Assembly (NCBI GenBank): GCA_050273025.1
Contig: CP158635.1
Span: forward strand, 868,001-932,000
DNA length: 64,000 nt
Direction: 5' to 3'
DNA from: Cenococcum geophilum
Taxonomy: Eukaryota
Each line of letters opens with the position of its first letter. The first letter of the stretch is position 1. The notes under the pieces are model-generated. The model worked only from the letters and a program-made list of their open reading frames with translations, searched no databases and was not told where the DNA came from. Below are positions 1 through 12,985 of the stretch, in pieces. A program made the translations under genes and the position numbers.

Positions 1-1399
1 TTGCTTATATATTAAGATATAACAGTATAATTATTTTAGCCTTGCCTACTTCTGTTATTAAAATGGATTTAGTATAGCCTCTAATGAAAATATACGGTAC
101 TAAATGCATGTCTATTTGGGGCTTACGCCTTATATAGATTTACAGGCGCCTTTTATAAGTTCTTATAATCCTTACCCGCATCCCTCCTTATCTACTATCC
201 TCTTCACCTACATTCTCCTATACCTACCACTGTACTTTTAAACAAAATTTTAAATGCTAGTATAGAGAGAGGTCCTCTATAAGACCGATTTAATAGCCCT
301 AAGCCTTCTCTTAAATTTACTTACGGTATAGTTACCGTTAAACCTAATTAGAGATTGAAATCTGTGTCTTCTCCTGTTTTATCTTCTCCTACTCTTCTTT
401 TTATTTCCTTCCCTTCTCCTCTCCTCTCTCCTAACCTCCCTTCCCCTATCTTTACTGAAATTGAAGATTGTTAGTCTAATAAGGTAATGGAGGAGGAGAT
501 ATAGGTAACTTTATCTACTTATTAAGAAACTAAAACTAATAAAGACAGATAAAGAAAGCCCCTTAGTAGATACTTACGCCAATTAAGGAGCAAGCCGACG
601 GTAGTTTACAGCATAAGTGCGACAATTCGTACTTAGAAACTAAATATGATGAACTATATAAGATTGGGGTAAGAATTTGTAGCTTTATAGAATGAAAATT
701 TGCTTATATACTAGTGTAGCTTATAGTAGAAGCTAGTCCTCTAGGATTATACATCTTACTAGGTTATTACCTCCGCATCTATTATATTCTTTCCTAAGTA
801 AATAAAGTATTAATGCGCTATAATCCATAGGTATAACACAAACCCTATAAGGTTCTTCCGCCCTCTTTTAAAGGTTTACTACCTAGCCGCTAGTTCTACT
901 AGGATAAGACCACCCCTTCGGACACCGCAGTTATTTATAGGCTGGTCGTGCTATTTATACAATTTTAGGGAAAATCAGGGAAGATATAGATCATTGGTGG
1001 GTGTTAGCAGGCGCCTATAGTAATAAAGCTAGAATATAGCACCTTCGCATTAGTACGGGATATGCAATAGGACTACCTTCGCTAAAGGTTTAGGGTCGCG
1101 TATCTATAGGTAAGAACTATAGAGTAGTTAAACAAAACAATAGATTGTCTTTACTGTATAGTATCCCTATCTTTATATAATATTATTAAAGTATACCTCT
1201 GTCCTACTTTCTACGTTAAAGTGGTGAGGATATATTGATTATATTTTCTACTTTTTTTCCCCTTCTATAAGAATATACGCCTTATATACAAGATAACCAT
1301 CTATTCGCTCTGCTCTAGGATATTTAATAAACATTTCTAACTAACCGGTATTATAAGCCTTAGGCTCTTCTTAATAGATTACGCACTTTTAGAGGTAAG

Positions 1400-1900
1400 A
1401 TTATAATAGTGAAAGAGTTATCGGGCTGGGATTTACTTCTAGTTCTATATAATATAGAGGAAGCTATTAAGGTGCTTTAGGCGTAAGAGGTAATAGAAGT
1501 GTTTTAGGTGTTATAGGTTTTATAGGTGTTATATATATTAGTATCGTAGGTATTGGTATTATAGGTGTTAATATTATAGGTATTAGTGTCGTCGGTAATA
1601 AGGTCGCGTGTTTATTACGCTAGTTCTCTAAACACGCTATAGCTAGAACATTTATTATAAGGCCGCTAAGGAGACTTATTTTTAAGGGAATATATAGACT
1701 ATATTCTAAATCCGCGGCGTTTTAAAATAATAATAGTGTTAAGGCACGCTCTAGGAGAGCGCCACTAGGCCACTTAATTTAATAATATAGCTACTCTTAT
1801 TCTATTAGCTAATAAGCAAAAGCTAGCTTAAACCTCTAGAGCCACTCTTAAGATATAAGCCCGAACTCTTTATTAAATACTCTCCCGCCTATTTAAGAAA
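1400..1900 (-). pseudogene. RIP-degraded unknown ORF with Pro/Thr-rich repeat tail
   Basis: One minus frame reads KEFGLIS*EWL*RFKLAFAY*LIE*E...ALLERALTLLLF...PTTLIPIILTPIIPIPT with only TAA/TAG stops; family not recognised; boundaries approximate. Confidence 0.3.
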
Positions 1901-2399
1901 AAAACTCTCCTAGGAGATATATATACCCTATTTAGGTACTTTCCCTACCTAAAAAGGCTAAAGCACCATATATAGGCCTATGTTCTACTAAATGCAACGC
2001 TAAGCGGAAAGATATATAAGGAGAGGAACTTAAATACGTTAGCTTTACATAGGGGGATAAGCCAATTGCACCCGTATAATGTGGTAGGCGCTAGCTATAT
2101 ATCTTAGCCTAGTTTACGCCACCTGGGATAACTATACCAGTTGTTCTTAATTAGGCTTAACGTAGAATCCACTATAGCTACTATGCCGAACGCTTTTATA
2201 ACTAACCCTACTACTCCTAGGTGATTATTATATAAATAGTCCGGCGTAATATTAGATTTTTAAGTCCTACCGCCCGAGTTTAGTATGCCTAGGTATATAG
2301 TAGGTGGTAAAGAGGTAAGTAGACTCTTATAGGGCGATAAAAATACTAATGGCGAAAACCTAGAAATAAAAGCGGAAAAAGGCTCTCGCCAATCCTAAT

Positions 2400-3700
2400 C
2401 CCTTACTTAAGGCCTTCTTTTCCTTATATAACAACTTATTACATCTTAATAAGCGTTAAAAGGTTGGAGTCTTCGCAGAAGTATTATATGATGTATAAAT
2501 GCTGTATAGTGCAGCAAATAATAAAGAGTTAAAGTTTGAGTTTATAGAAAAGGACGGTATATAAACAGATAAGTTCTGTCCGGAATCTTATTAGCCTTTT
2601 AATTTAGAGCCATGGACCTTCTGGGACATACTTCCTAAGTAATTATCTCCGCCGACTACCAATACCCACCTCGTATATCTAATGTTTAAAGATATCAAAT
2701 ATCTAAAGGATAACTACATACGCTGCAGAATGATCTACACTCTTCTCTCGCGCTTAGAGAAATATATAACTTGCTAGGAGAAGTACTAGGAGATGAAGAT
2801 AAATAGGAGAAAGGCTGTTATTAGGAGTGATATATTAGGAAAAATGGACTGGACAAAATATAAGCGATATATTAGCGCTGGCTAAAAGCTAAACTACTTC
2901 TACTCTAGTTTGGTTATCGGACTAGGACCTTATTTAAGTATTAAGTATAACGTCTTACTATGGTTTAATATAACTACTAATCTTTTCTAGATAGGAGAGG
3001 GTAGCCCTACTAGGAGAAGAGTGTAAGATTTTCTTATTATACATAAATATAATGCCCTGGTATAAGATCTGCCTTAGAATATTAGCCCTAGCTACTAAGT
3101 TAATGGGTTTATACCTTTAATAATATCTTCGTAAAGATAGTACGGTTTTTAGAATCTTATTTTAGTTAAACTATAAATATTAGGGTAACTCGTTGGGTAT
3201 ATACGCCTTTATAAGCTCGTCACTTCTAGGCTAAAGTAGTTTCCGTTTTAGTAAGGTCTATAAAGTAGTTATTAGAACACCTACTAAGAGTTTTAGGGAA
3301 ATAGCCGTATTAGGAAGCGGAATAGCATATGGATATTTAATTAAACATTCCGTATATTAAGGCGGACATCCTTATATCTAGCCTCTTATATTTATTAACG
3401 GGTAACTCCAATAATAAGGATCCCTAATACCTAGCGTATATATGCTCTAATTAAGAGTTATAGTTAATACACCTCGCTTTATAACTAGAACAATAGCAGA
3501 TATTTAGGGAGTACCTTAATATATAACTAGAACAACAGCGGTATGCGACGCTTAGAGAGTACCTTAACATATAACCAAAACCATAGGTATACCTATAGTT
3601 TAAGTAGTACTTATAACCTAACTAATACTCTAAGGAACTATAGAGCTATAATAGGCTATATTATTTAGTGTCCGTTCCCTAGATGGATATATAAGATATC
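2400..3700 (+). pseudogene. RIP-degraded unknown ORF
   Basis: Sustained frame PFNLEPWTFWDILPK*LSPP...RCRMIYTLLSRLEKY...MDWTKYKRYISAG*KLNYF with RIP-type stops; short repeated STL-x-YN(Q)N motif at 3480-3600; boundaries approximate. Confidence 0.35.
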
Positions 3701-5019
3701 CCGCCACTAAGTTCCCCGAATAGCTAAGTTGCGTTTATTTAGACTCTAAGCAACTCCCTACTTTAAAGCTTAAAGCTAGCAATCTTACCGTTAGAATTTT
3801 TAAAGTTAGGAAGTCTATTCCAAGAGCTTAGTTAGCCAAATACTATAACTACTATAGCCTTATTTATTGTCCTATCCTTTAGTATCTATTTAATCTCTTT
3901 CTAGCGTTTAGTATATATAATATAGTACAATCGTTTAAAAATAAGGAGGTTAGCGGGTAATTATAATATAGTAGCGGCCTATAGCCTAGCAATAGACTCG
4001 GTTAAGGTAAATAAGTGTTTTTATATAATCTAATGGTTATATATATACCTTAATATACTGTATTTTATCTATATTTAGTAAACGAAGATATGGTTACTTA
4101 AAGAGTTAAGTTAAAACTTCTAGTAGGTTAGTAGAAACCTAATATAAAAGAGAATTACGTAAAGAGTCTGCTATATTAAGATTTAAGGCTTATAAAGTTA
4201 CGTAGTTTAGCATTATAAAGTAAACCACAACTAAACGGGTATATAGAAGAGCCCTATAAAAGTCACGCTAGATTAACTTCGGGAACGCCTAAAAGCTCGG
4301 GTCCTATTACGTGTATATTGTCTACCTTACCTCAAGAATACAGGATAATTAATTGCTATAGTGCGGCTATCTAAAACCTGTCCTAAGCCATAGAAATAGT
4401 GCGTTGCCTATATTAGTAGGTAATTGGAGAAAAAGGATTTTTTTATAATTCCTAGTTATATATTAATTCCATCTTACTATATAAAGTAATATAAGAGTAT
4501 CCTAGCTACTGTTAGTATATATAAGGGGGCTTTAAGTCGTTGTAAAGTTTATAGGAGTTGTTATATAGGAATTTCTTTAATATTTCTAAATCTGGTCTTA
4601 TATATTTCTTTTATTTCTAGTTTTAGGATCTTTATAAGATTTACTTCTTATTAATTTAGATTTATATATAACGTATAAGGCTTAAATATAGCGAGGCTGA
4701 AGAGGACGCTAGCGTAGAGCTTAAAATTTGCATCTGTCCTTAACTTGGCTATTTATTATAGGTTCCGGATTATTAGTAAAACTATTTAAATATTTCTATT
4801 AATCCGCTCCGCCTAAATCGCCCATCCGCTATAAATAAAACTCTCCCCTATACGCTCTCCCGTTATTATTATTATCGCTACTATAATATAGCCTAATAGT
4901 TACCTAATTACAAACAGCTTTTCCTTAAAGAGTAACGTAGATGGTAAGAAGAGCAACGCGGACAATAAGAAGAGTAGCGTAGATAAGAAGAAGTGGAGCG
5001 CGTATAGGAAGAAGTAGAG

Positions 5020-5952
5020 CCCGTATTATCTAGCCTTAATTTATTATAGGAAAATCGTTTTACTATCTTTTCCGTCTCTATAGTAATCGCTAGAAGACTC
5101 TAGCTAATACTAATTAGATTATTCTTAAACGGCGTAAGTAATAGAACGCTAGTCCTAATTAACACTAAATACTTAATCTTATCTTTAAGCGAGCCAGACG
5201 GCTATATGTCTTAAGCCTTATTCTATACCTTATATACTAGGTTATTTGCCCCTATAGCCCCATTAATAAAACTCTCCTTAAAATCGCCAATTATAATAAA
5301 ATCGAAGAAGGACAAGGCTGCTAACATTGCTTAGCTTACTTCCTATATCTTAGTCATGCGGAGTAGTTATTCGCGGCTATATAGTAACTAGTAGCTAGTA
5401 AGTCGCACTATATTACCTATTTTGTTACTTATTATATACACAAATCTATATTATACTTATTAATGTTACTACAGCCTTATATATAGGTGGATAACTACTT
5501 ATACTTTACAATTTGTATCTAGAGCATCCTTTAATAGCGTATCCTCTACTAGACCTTGCCTTATAATAATCTCTTTAATTATATACTCTAGCTTATCCAA
5601 ATTAAATCATCCTTAGACCCGGCCTTTAATTATTACACAGTATCTCTACTTTTAGAAGATCCTGTCCGATAGCGAGACATATGCGTTAATATACTTATTA
5701 ACCGTTATTTAAAGCCGACCGAGCATAACGGCTATAAGCCTACGCTTCTCGTCAGCCTTAAATCTAGCAAAGTAATTAATATAGATAGACCCGCTAGTGC
5801 TAGTGCCTCTAATTATATTAAAGTAGTTGTAAGGCTTTGGCGGCGATTCTAGGTCGATAGTATTTATAAGCTACTTTAAGATCTAAAGCGTTAATAGGCC
5901 GCGGACGCCGCCGCCATCGAGGGCGAGCAGGCGGAGGTTATGCTTAGGCATG
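5020..5952 (-). pseudogene. Patatin-like phospholipase (RIP-inactivated, 3' truncated)
   Basis: ATG at 5952 gives MPKHNLRLLALDGGGVRGL...PPKPYNYFNIIRGTSTSG, matching the DGGGxRG oxyanion loop and GTSTG nucleophile motif; C-terminal LLAITIETEKIVKRFS near 5040-5100. Confidence 0.85.
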
Positions 5953-7049
5953 GCTGAAGGGGTAAGTAGGAAGGCTTAGTGAAGCGACTAGATTTAATGA
6001 GAAATATGCAGCAGTATACTTAGAACTCTACGAGGCTGCGGAGCCGCTCTTATGATATAGGAAGTGTAGTAGTCTATTTTTAGCTTAACGAGGCTAAGAA
6101 TGCAGGTACTAAACCTAAGTGGTCTTCTATGCGGCTAGGAGAAATGTTTAGCCGAACTGGCGTTTAATCTTTCCCTGCGCTGTTTAGGTGTAGGAAAAGT
6201 AGCGGTACTTCTAGTATAAGAATTCGCCTAAAGCTCTCTGTAGTTTGCTAGCGCTAGCAGGGAGGGCGGCTAACCCGCACTGGCTACACCCTTGTGTAGT
6301 AGCGAATTCTAAAAGAGGTAAGTTAGTTCACTAGAGGTATAGCTATAGGTTAGGGCAAGCCCCACTTACTAAGACATTATACAGCTATAGGTGTAAGAGC
6401 TATAAGCCAGCTTAGCGGCCGCTGTAAATAGATTATAATATAATAATTATATAGCTGTTTCGCACTAGCCAGAACGGGTAATTACTCCTAATTAGAGGTA
6501 CCGACTAGGGTTATAACCCTACGCGATAGCAGATATAAGGCTAATAATAACTTCCTAGCATTATAATAAGGTTTTTAGGCTTAGGTAGTACCATTATAAG
6601 TATTACGGAGTAATTAGAGCCTCACGGTAGTGCTATAGGAAAGGAACTCTGTTTTATTAAAGAATAAGACTCTCTACGTATTAGGCGCGAAGGCGACAAT
6701 ACGTAAGGTAATTTTTAGATAAAAGGAGTTCTAAATGTTTAAAAGTAGCTACAGCATATAACTAATATAGAATTATAGTAAATATCTACGTGTGCGCATA
6801 GTTATAGTCGCTTAATGTCAAAGTACCCCTTATATTTTGCGGTATGGTAGGTTTTATACAACCTAGGGATAAATGTTATCCCTTTACCTAGTAAAATATA
6901 TCCTACAGTTATCGATAAGAGCCGACTAATAGGATCTATAGTATTAAGGCTCCGTAATTAAATCTACGAGGTAAAAAGTCATTAATTTTAGTATATAATT
7001 GCTATTTACACTTAATCTTTAGAGCTGAGTCGCTTAGTATAAGGAAGCT

Positions 7050-7498
7050 AATAGCTGTCCTTCCTATAGAATGGTATACGGTAAATAGAACAGCTGTATA
7101 GAGTTCTTAAAGCTCTACGAGGCCTCCTCTAATCCCCACTATTGCGAGATTTATAAGTTGTATTTAGTAAGAGGTCTAAGAAAGGCTTTTTGCGTCCTCT
7201 ATATTATATTTAAGTCTTCCTACTAGCTTTAATATAAGTAGAGTAGTACTTCTGCTTGCGCCGCGTAAACAGCTTTATAAGCTTATAACCCTTTACAGAG
7301 TGCTATAAAATATTACTTATAGAGTATCGTAATGGCCTCTCCCAAGTATATACTCGCCGGCGAGTTAACTGCTTAAAGAGGGCCTACCAGAGGTCCTTCC
7401 GGAACTACTTATACGTATCGCAATAGGAGAAAGATTTAGGGTGCTATAGTTGTCGAAATTCGCGATATATAAGGGCTTAAAGTAGGGCAACGGCCATG
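7050..7498 (-). pseudogene. RIP-degraded unknown ORF
   Basis: MAVALL*ALIYREFRQL*HPKSFSYCDTYK*FRKDLW*ALFKQLTRRRVYTWERP; frame sustained with only RIP-type stops. Confidence 0.3.
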
Positions 7499-7704
7499 GC
7501 TGCCAGGATAGTTGTTTTGCTTTCTAAGTCAGTAGAATTAAATACTAAGTTGGTAGAACAAAGTCTATGTTATTAGAAGTATAATTAGAAGGCATAGTTA
7601 AGTAATATATATTAATTAAATGTATATAGGTAATATTTTGTAGTTAACTATCTACTACAGCTAGAACATCGGCTTTAGTATAGCTTCCCCCGGCTATATA
7701 GACC

Positions 7705-8979
7705 TTAGAATAGTTGCTAAACGTGTAACCTTATAACCAACTCTCGTAGCTAATAAAAACCCTTTTTAACTCTCTCCAGCTCTAGTAGATATGCGCCTAT
7801 ATATCCATTAAAACACCATAGTTCCTTTCTATATAGCTCATTAAAACTTAATATAAAAAAGCATAACTAGAAAGACAGATTATAATTAGTTAGGGTAGTT
7901 AAGAAGTAAATCCAATAATTCTCTAAGCTAGAACGTAGTTTAGCCAATTCCATTAATTCTATTTATTTTAGCAGTTATAGAAGGAATTTAACTAACTTGG
8001 CTGGATTATTACTAAGGTTTAAGGACCGCAAATATAAATGGCATAGGTTCGTAAACTCTCTAAATAGAATAGTATTTTATAACGCACACTGTAAAGGGGT
8101 ATTAAGTTTAAAGTATTCGGCCGTCCGGAAAAGCTTTATTAAAAAATATAATTATAATCTGTTATGTAATAACTTTAGGTTACTAAATACCGCTACTATA
8201 GGTTTTAGGCGTAATTAGACCTTAAAACTAACGTTTATACCTTTTAAGAGTGCCCTATAAAAAGCAATGTACTTTTATACCCCATCTTTAAAATCCTTAG
8301 TTCTCCGTTCCGGAGGATACGCTAAGGAAATAGCAACACCTACGACCTCTATATCGCGTTCCGCCGCTTATATTACCGCGAGTATCCTTCCAAAGATCTA
8401 GCTAATATAATTAAGGGTATTCCTAGCCATTATATAGTAAACTAACGGCGCGCCGTTCTCCCGTAAAAGTTAATTAAATCTATATAGCGAGTAGGTTTCT
8501 TACCAAACGCCATCGCCAAAATTAGGTAGCCTAATAGTGATTTCTTAGTAATCTAGGTTTTTAATAGTAGTTGCCAGCATTTCTATATCTAAATTAGTTT
8601 CCTAAATTTTGGCCTAGTTCTCCTAAAATAATATAATCTAGGGAAGTATAGTTTAATTAATATAAGCTAGATCTTTAGGGACTTAGTAAACCTAACTTTA
8701 TAGATCTTTTTTGGTTACCTAGTTACGGGAGAAAATGTAAGTTAATCTAATAAATGTCCTATATACGCTTATTAATAGTTCTATTATATATCTAAGGTCT
8801 AGCTTATCTATAACAATTAGCAGGCTTCCTTTATACATAAAGGTATCTATAAAGATCTTACGGGAGACGCGCTTAAATACTTTATAGGTCTTGCGGATAT
8901 CCTATAAGTAGAAGCCGGTAGTAATAAATAACTATATAAGATCTAAGAGCTCTTCTAAAATACTAAGTATACTACTTAT
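7705..8979 (-). pseudogene. F-box-like protein pseudogene
   Basis: ~1.27 kb single frame without frameshift; start ATA (from ATG) then SSILSILEELLDLI*LFITTGFYL*DIRKTYKVFKRV, consistent with a RIP-altered F-box motif (LP.EL...I...R.TCK.F). Confidence 0.45.
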
Positions 8980-9096
8980 AGCTGCTAGCACGAATAAAGA
9001 CTAAAGGCAGAAATGGTCTATGGAGGGAGGTATAGGGAAGACGACAGCGCTAATATAAGTAGGCTCGCTAAACTAAATAGGATTAAATGGCTTTAG

Positions 9097-9260
9097 AGAG
9101 ATGGCGGAGAGAGTAAGAGAGATAAAGAGAGAGAGCGAGAGAGATAGAGAGAGAGTAAGGGAGACGGAGGGAAAGAGTAAGGGAGATAGAAAGAGAGAGC
9201 AAGGGAGACGGAGAGAGAGTAGGAGGGAGATGGAGAGATAGGCGGATAAAAGGCGGGGGG
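9097..9260. repeat. GA-rich minisatellite (~22-bp unit GAGAGAGTAAGGGAGACGGAGA)
   Basis: Directly visible imperfect tandem copies. Confidence 0.7.
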
Positions 9261-9759
9261 AGAGGATCTATGTCTACCTAATTAATAAAGAGGAGCGCCA
9301 AGCCTAATAAGCGCCTGCGTATTTACTTTAAGGTAAGCCTTAGTCTATCCTAGAGCTCTATATTAGCTCTAGTCTAAAAAAATCACTAATAGCTTCCGCC
9401 TTAATGCTAGGGTTATTCTTAGTCGGCGGAGCTTATAACGCTTATATATAGCGTAGGCTATATCTAATATATAAGGGAGATATAAAAGCTTTCTAGTAAT
9501 ATAGAAATATAATACGTTTACCGGGAGCACTTAGCCTACGTACGCTAGAAGCTGCTATTTTTTAGGAATCCTTCCCCTATTAGGTTTTACTATTAACTAG
9601 GGTTAGTATACTCTAAGCCTAGTTATTAAAGCATAACGCTATACCGCTCTAAACTAATAAAGATGAGGAAGAGAGGATACTAATAACCTTAAGTACGCCT
9701 TATTGCGGGTCCTTAGATATATCTAGGACAGTTTAACCAGTTTTATAGCCGTCCTTAAG

Positions 9760-11330
9760 TTTATTCCTTAGCGCCCCTTTTTTATAGCACGCCTTTTTTT
9801 TAGCCTTTTAAATATGACCTACTTAGTTCCTTTAGTTACAGAAGTATTTAAAGTATTGTCTTATAGATCTAACTAACTGTTATATTCCCTAAGCAGAGAT
9901 ATAGAATTAGCATTGCATTCTAAAAGATAATAACTTTTTAACTTCTATAAAAGTCCGGAACTCTTTAAAAACTATAGTTCTAATTGCCGCGAAATCTTAA
10001 AATTTAAATTAGGGGGTAACTTATTAATAACCGAGCAGAGCCTTTTAAAGTGAGTCGGCATCTATATATTGTAAACATTCTTAGTAAATTTATACGCCGT
10101 CTATTTTTCTTTTTTATTTAATTCTGTAAAGTCGAATGTACGGATTAGGTGGTAGTAGAAGGTAGTCTTAGGCCCATTAATTACAAGGTAGTAGCCGTAT
10201 ATTTTTATAGTCCGGTAATTATATAAGATTAAGAAGGCGAGAATTTCTTAGTAAAGCTCTTTTTCGCGCTTTATAAGTCGGAAGAGCTTAATAATACCTC
10301 TTACTATAAGAGTTATGCTATAGGTATTTTGCCAGTCCGCAATATTAAGTGCCGCGGCGCTATACTTAACTTCGCACGTTAAGAATGGGAAGTACTAGTA
10401 GTATATAGCTATAAAGAAGGAGTTATCCGTAAGCTCGTTAATAAAGGGCTAAAGCTTACTAAGCTAATTATCTATAAACGCTTTTTACCTAAATCTTATA
10501 GTATAATCGGGCTGCGGGCGAGTCTAAGTAATAAGGATTAAATTGTTCTAGCCTTTATTAACGCTTTTAACTAAGTACTAAAGAGAGGTAGTGCTGTATA
10601 TAGTAAGGGTTTCTGCAGAAAAAACAACTAATTAAATAATATCTTAGATAACTTTAGCCTTGTTCCTGTTTCGCATTTTCCAATAGGCTAATTTAAAGAG
10701 ATTATTACGAAATAATATATCCTAAGGAACCGCTTGCTCTTTCTTAAGTAATTTTTAGCAAAATATCTTGCTTAGATCTGTAATACCTAGGTTGGATTTA
10801 TCTATATAGCTCCCTTTAGTCGTAAGTAGAGTTTTATAACGCGCGTCTTAGTAGGGGGCACTTTTAACTTCCCTAGGCTTTTAATCACTAGGTGTGGTAG
10901 AGCTAGGCGTAATAAAGCCAGCTTCTAATTATTTCCGGTAAAAAGAAAATAACAACAATTTCTTCCTCGTAAGTAGATGTTCTATATTATTATACTTTTT
11001 AAAGTATTCTTTAGGCCAAGTTCCTTCCTTCCTCTAATAATTAATTAGATTAATCTGCGTATTACTAATAATGCTTACTACTTCTTGGCTAATTATACCC
11101 TTAACAGTAGTATCTATAAGAGACGTTCGCGGTTGCTTTATAAAGGGTTTAGCCGGAATGCAATTAACTAGGTCTTTAACTTCTCGCCACCGCTTTCGGT
11201 CTTTTAATTGCAGAGGTATCTGCCTATCCTTAAATAGGCTCCTTTCTTAAAGTCGTAGTATCTTTTAGATACGTGCGCTTTAACAAAAAGGCTACTATAC
11301 TCCTTTTTTCCTAATACCTTAAAGCTGCTT
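9760..11330 (-). pseudogene. DUF7924-like (PD-(D/E)XK nuclease-fold) fungal protein pseudogene
   Basis: Reads TRPQPDY...YFPFLTCEVKYSAAALNIADWQN...LFRLIKREKEL...IYGYY...RTFDFTEL.KKEK*TAYKFTKNVY.I*MPTHFKRLCS, matching the recalled fungal consensus FPFLTCEVKCGAAALDIADRQNAHS after RIP correction; ends approximate. Confidence 0.75.
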
Positions 11331-12769
11331 TCCTATTAATAGTTAGCAAGATATAACTAAATATAAAGGATATATACCTTAGTCTTTTAGCACTAAGACC
11401 TTCCACTTATACCTCTAAGCTAGTAGCTATACTTAACTATAGGCTATACTAATTAAAAGGAGGGGGTAAGATGTGTATTTATGTTGTTGTTATACTTAAA
11501 GTAAGTATAACGTTAATAAGAAAGGATAAGACCGAAGCTCTAAATGCTTAGGTACGTATACTATATAACTCCATCTATATAGGCTAAGCCGGTTAGCAAG
11601 ATCTCTAAGTTATAGCTAAGAGGATATCGGCAAAGTTTATACGTTTACTAATCTTAAAATCCTAGTTAAAGCGTAGATAGTACGCACCGGTATTACTATA
11701 GGGATGTTTCTAGGTAATAGGAAAATTACTTTAGTTTTTATAGCTTAGGTTACACATATATAAGCTTCTTTAGTAATTCCTTACTACTTAGCTTCCTATA
11801 AGGTGCTTAGCTACCTAACTAGCAGAGGCGGTAAAATCCCAACCGTTATTTTAGATATACTAACTACTAACCGCTGCAGACTAAATAAGTTAATAATAGT
11901 ACGATGCCTATAGGAATCTAAAGTAACCTAGCTCTTAGATTCCCAAATTCTTCTATATAAACTTATACCCCTTAATAAGCCTATAGAGAAAGCACTATCT
12001 AACTATCTAATCTACTCCCAAGTCTATTTAAACTAAAAAGTCTAAAAATGGTTCCCTTAAAGGACGCCCACCGTCTAGTATACGAAGGCAATACTTTTAT
12101 AACTAATAATAGTACAACACAGGTTAAGTTTAAGACTGTTAAGTAGACCCTTTAGAATTTAGCATTGTTATATAGGATACGGTTTTTATAAAGGCAAACC
12201 AATCCAGTATAAAGCTGGCGTAGTAGCCCTATTTGCTTACTGGCTAATTAGGGATTTATTTAGATACAGCTTAAAGCTTTAGGCTGAGAATTAATGTAAA
12301 AAATCCCGGTAAGAAGAACGCCTATAACACTATAGATGATTTAGTAGAATTGTAACCTATTATATAAAGTTATTTTTCTATACTAACTCCTTTATAGAAT
12401 TCTTTATAAATGCTAATAAGAATAGCTATATATATATATTAATTCTCTCCAATAGTCTAGTGCCTACGGAATTACATTACTTATATTAAAACTAGTAAGC
12501 TCCCTTATCCTACAGATTTCTAATCCTTTTATATAAAATTATAACTCTTTCTTAGTATATAGAGATCAGCACTATCTAATCTAGTCCCCGTATTCTCTAC
12601 CTAATAGTGCTTATATAATTTTACACCACTTACTTAACTTAGAGGAGGGCCTATTACTATCTAATCTAACCTCTTTATCCTCTATTAACTGTGTTTACAT
12701 TAATCTGCTTACTTAATCCAACTTCCAGAAACTAGAACTATCTAATCCAGCCCTTATATTAAAACTCCC

Positions 12770-12985
12770 GCGTATTTTAGGGCACCCTTAGTCTAGCATA
12801 TCTTAATTATAAAACCTAGCTAGATGTTCTGCGTGCTAAGGAGGCCCTCCGCTACTAGGCGGCCGGTCTTTAAAGAGATTAATTTTATATAGCTATCCAG
12901 TTATAACCTTATATATTATAGCGCCAAAGTATATAGATTAAGTAGCCGGCGTTATTAGCGCTAGATACACTTTCTATAAGTCCTA
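12770..12985 (-). pseudogene. Fungal protein-kinase-like C-lobe fragment
   Basis: ANNAGYLIY / FGAIIYKVITG / LLSTQNI*LGFIIKIC*TKG resembles recalled ADDAGYSIY..LGAVMYEVVTG..LPSTQNIWLGSIIEKCWTKG; internal deletions present. Confidence 0.55.

Noticed and set aside
7997..8218. 73-aa ORF and other short ORFs (33576, 35443, 51314, 52098, 53236, 57845)
   Set aside because: Antisense, off-frame or residual pieces of pseudogenes and transposon ORFs
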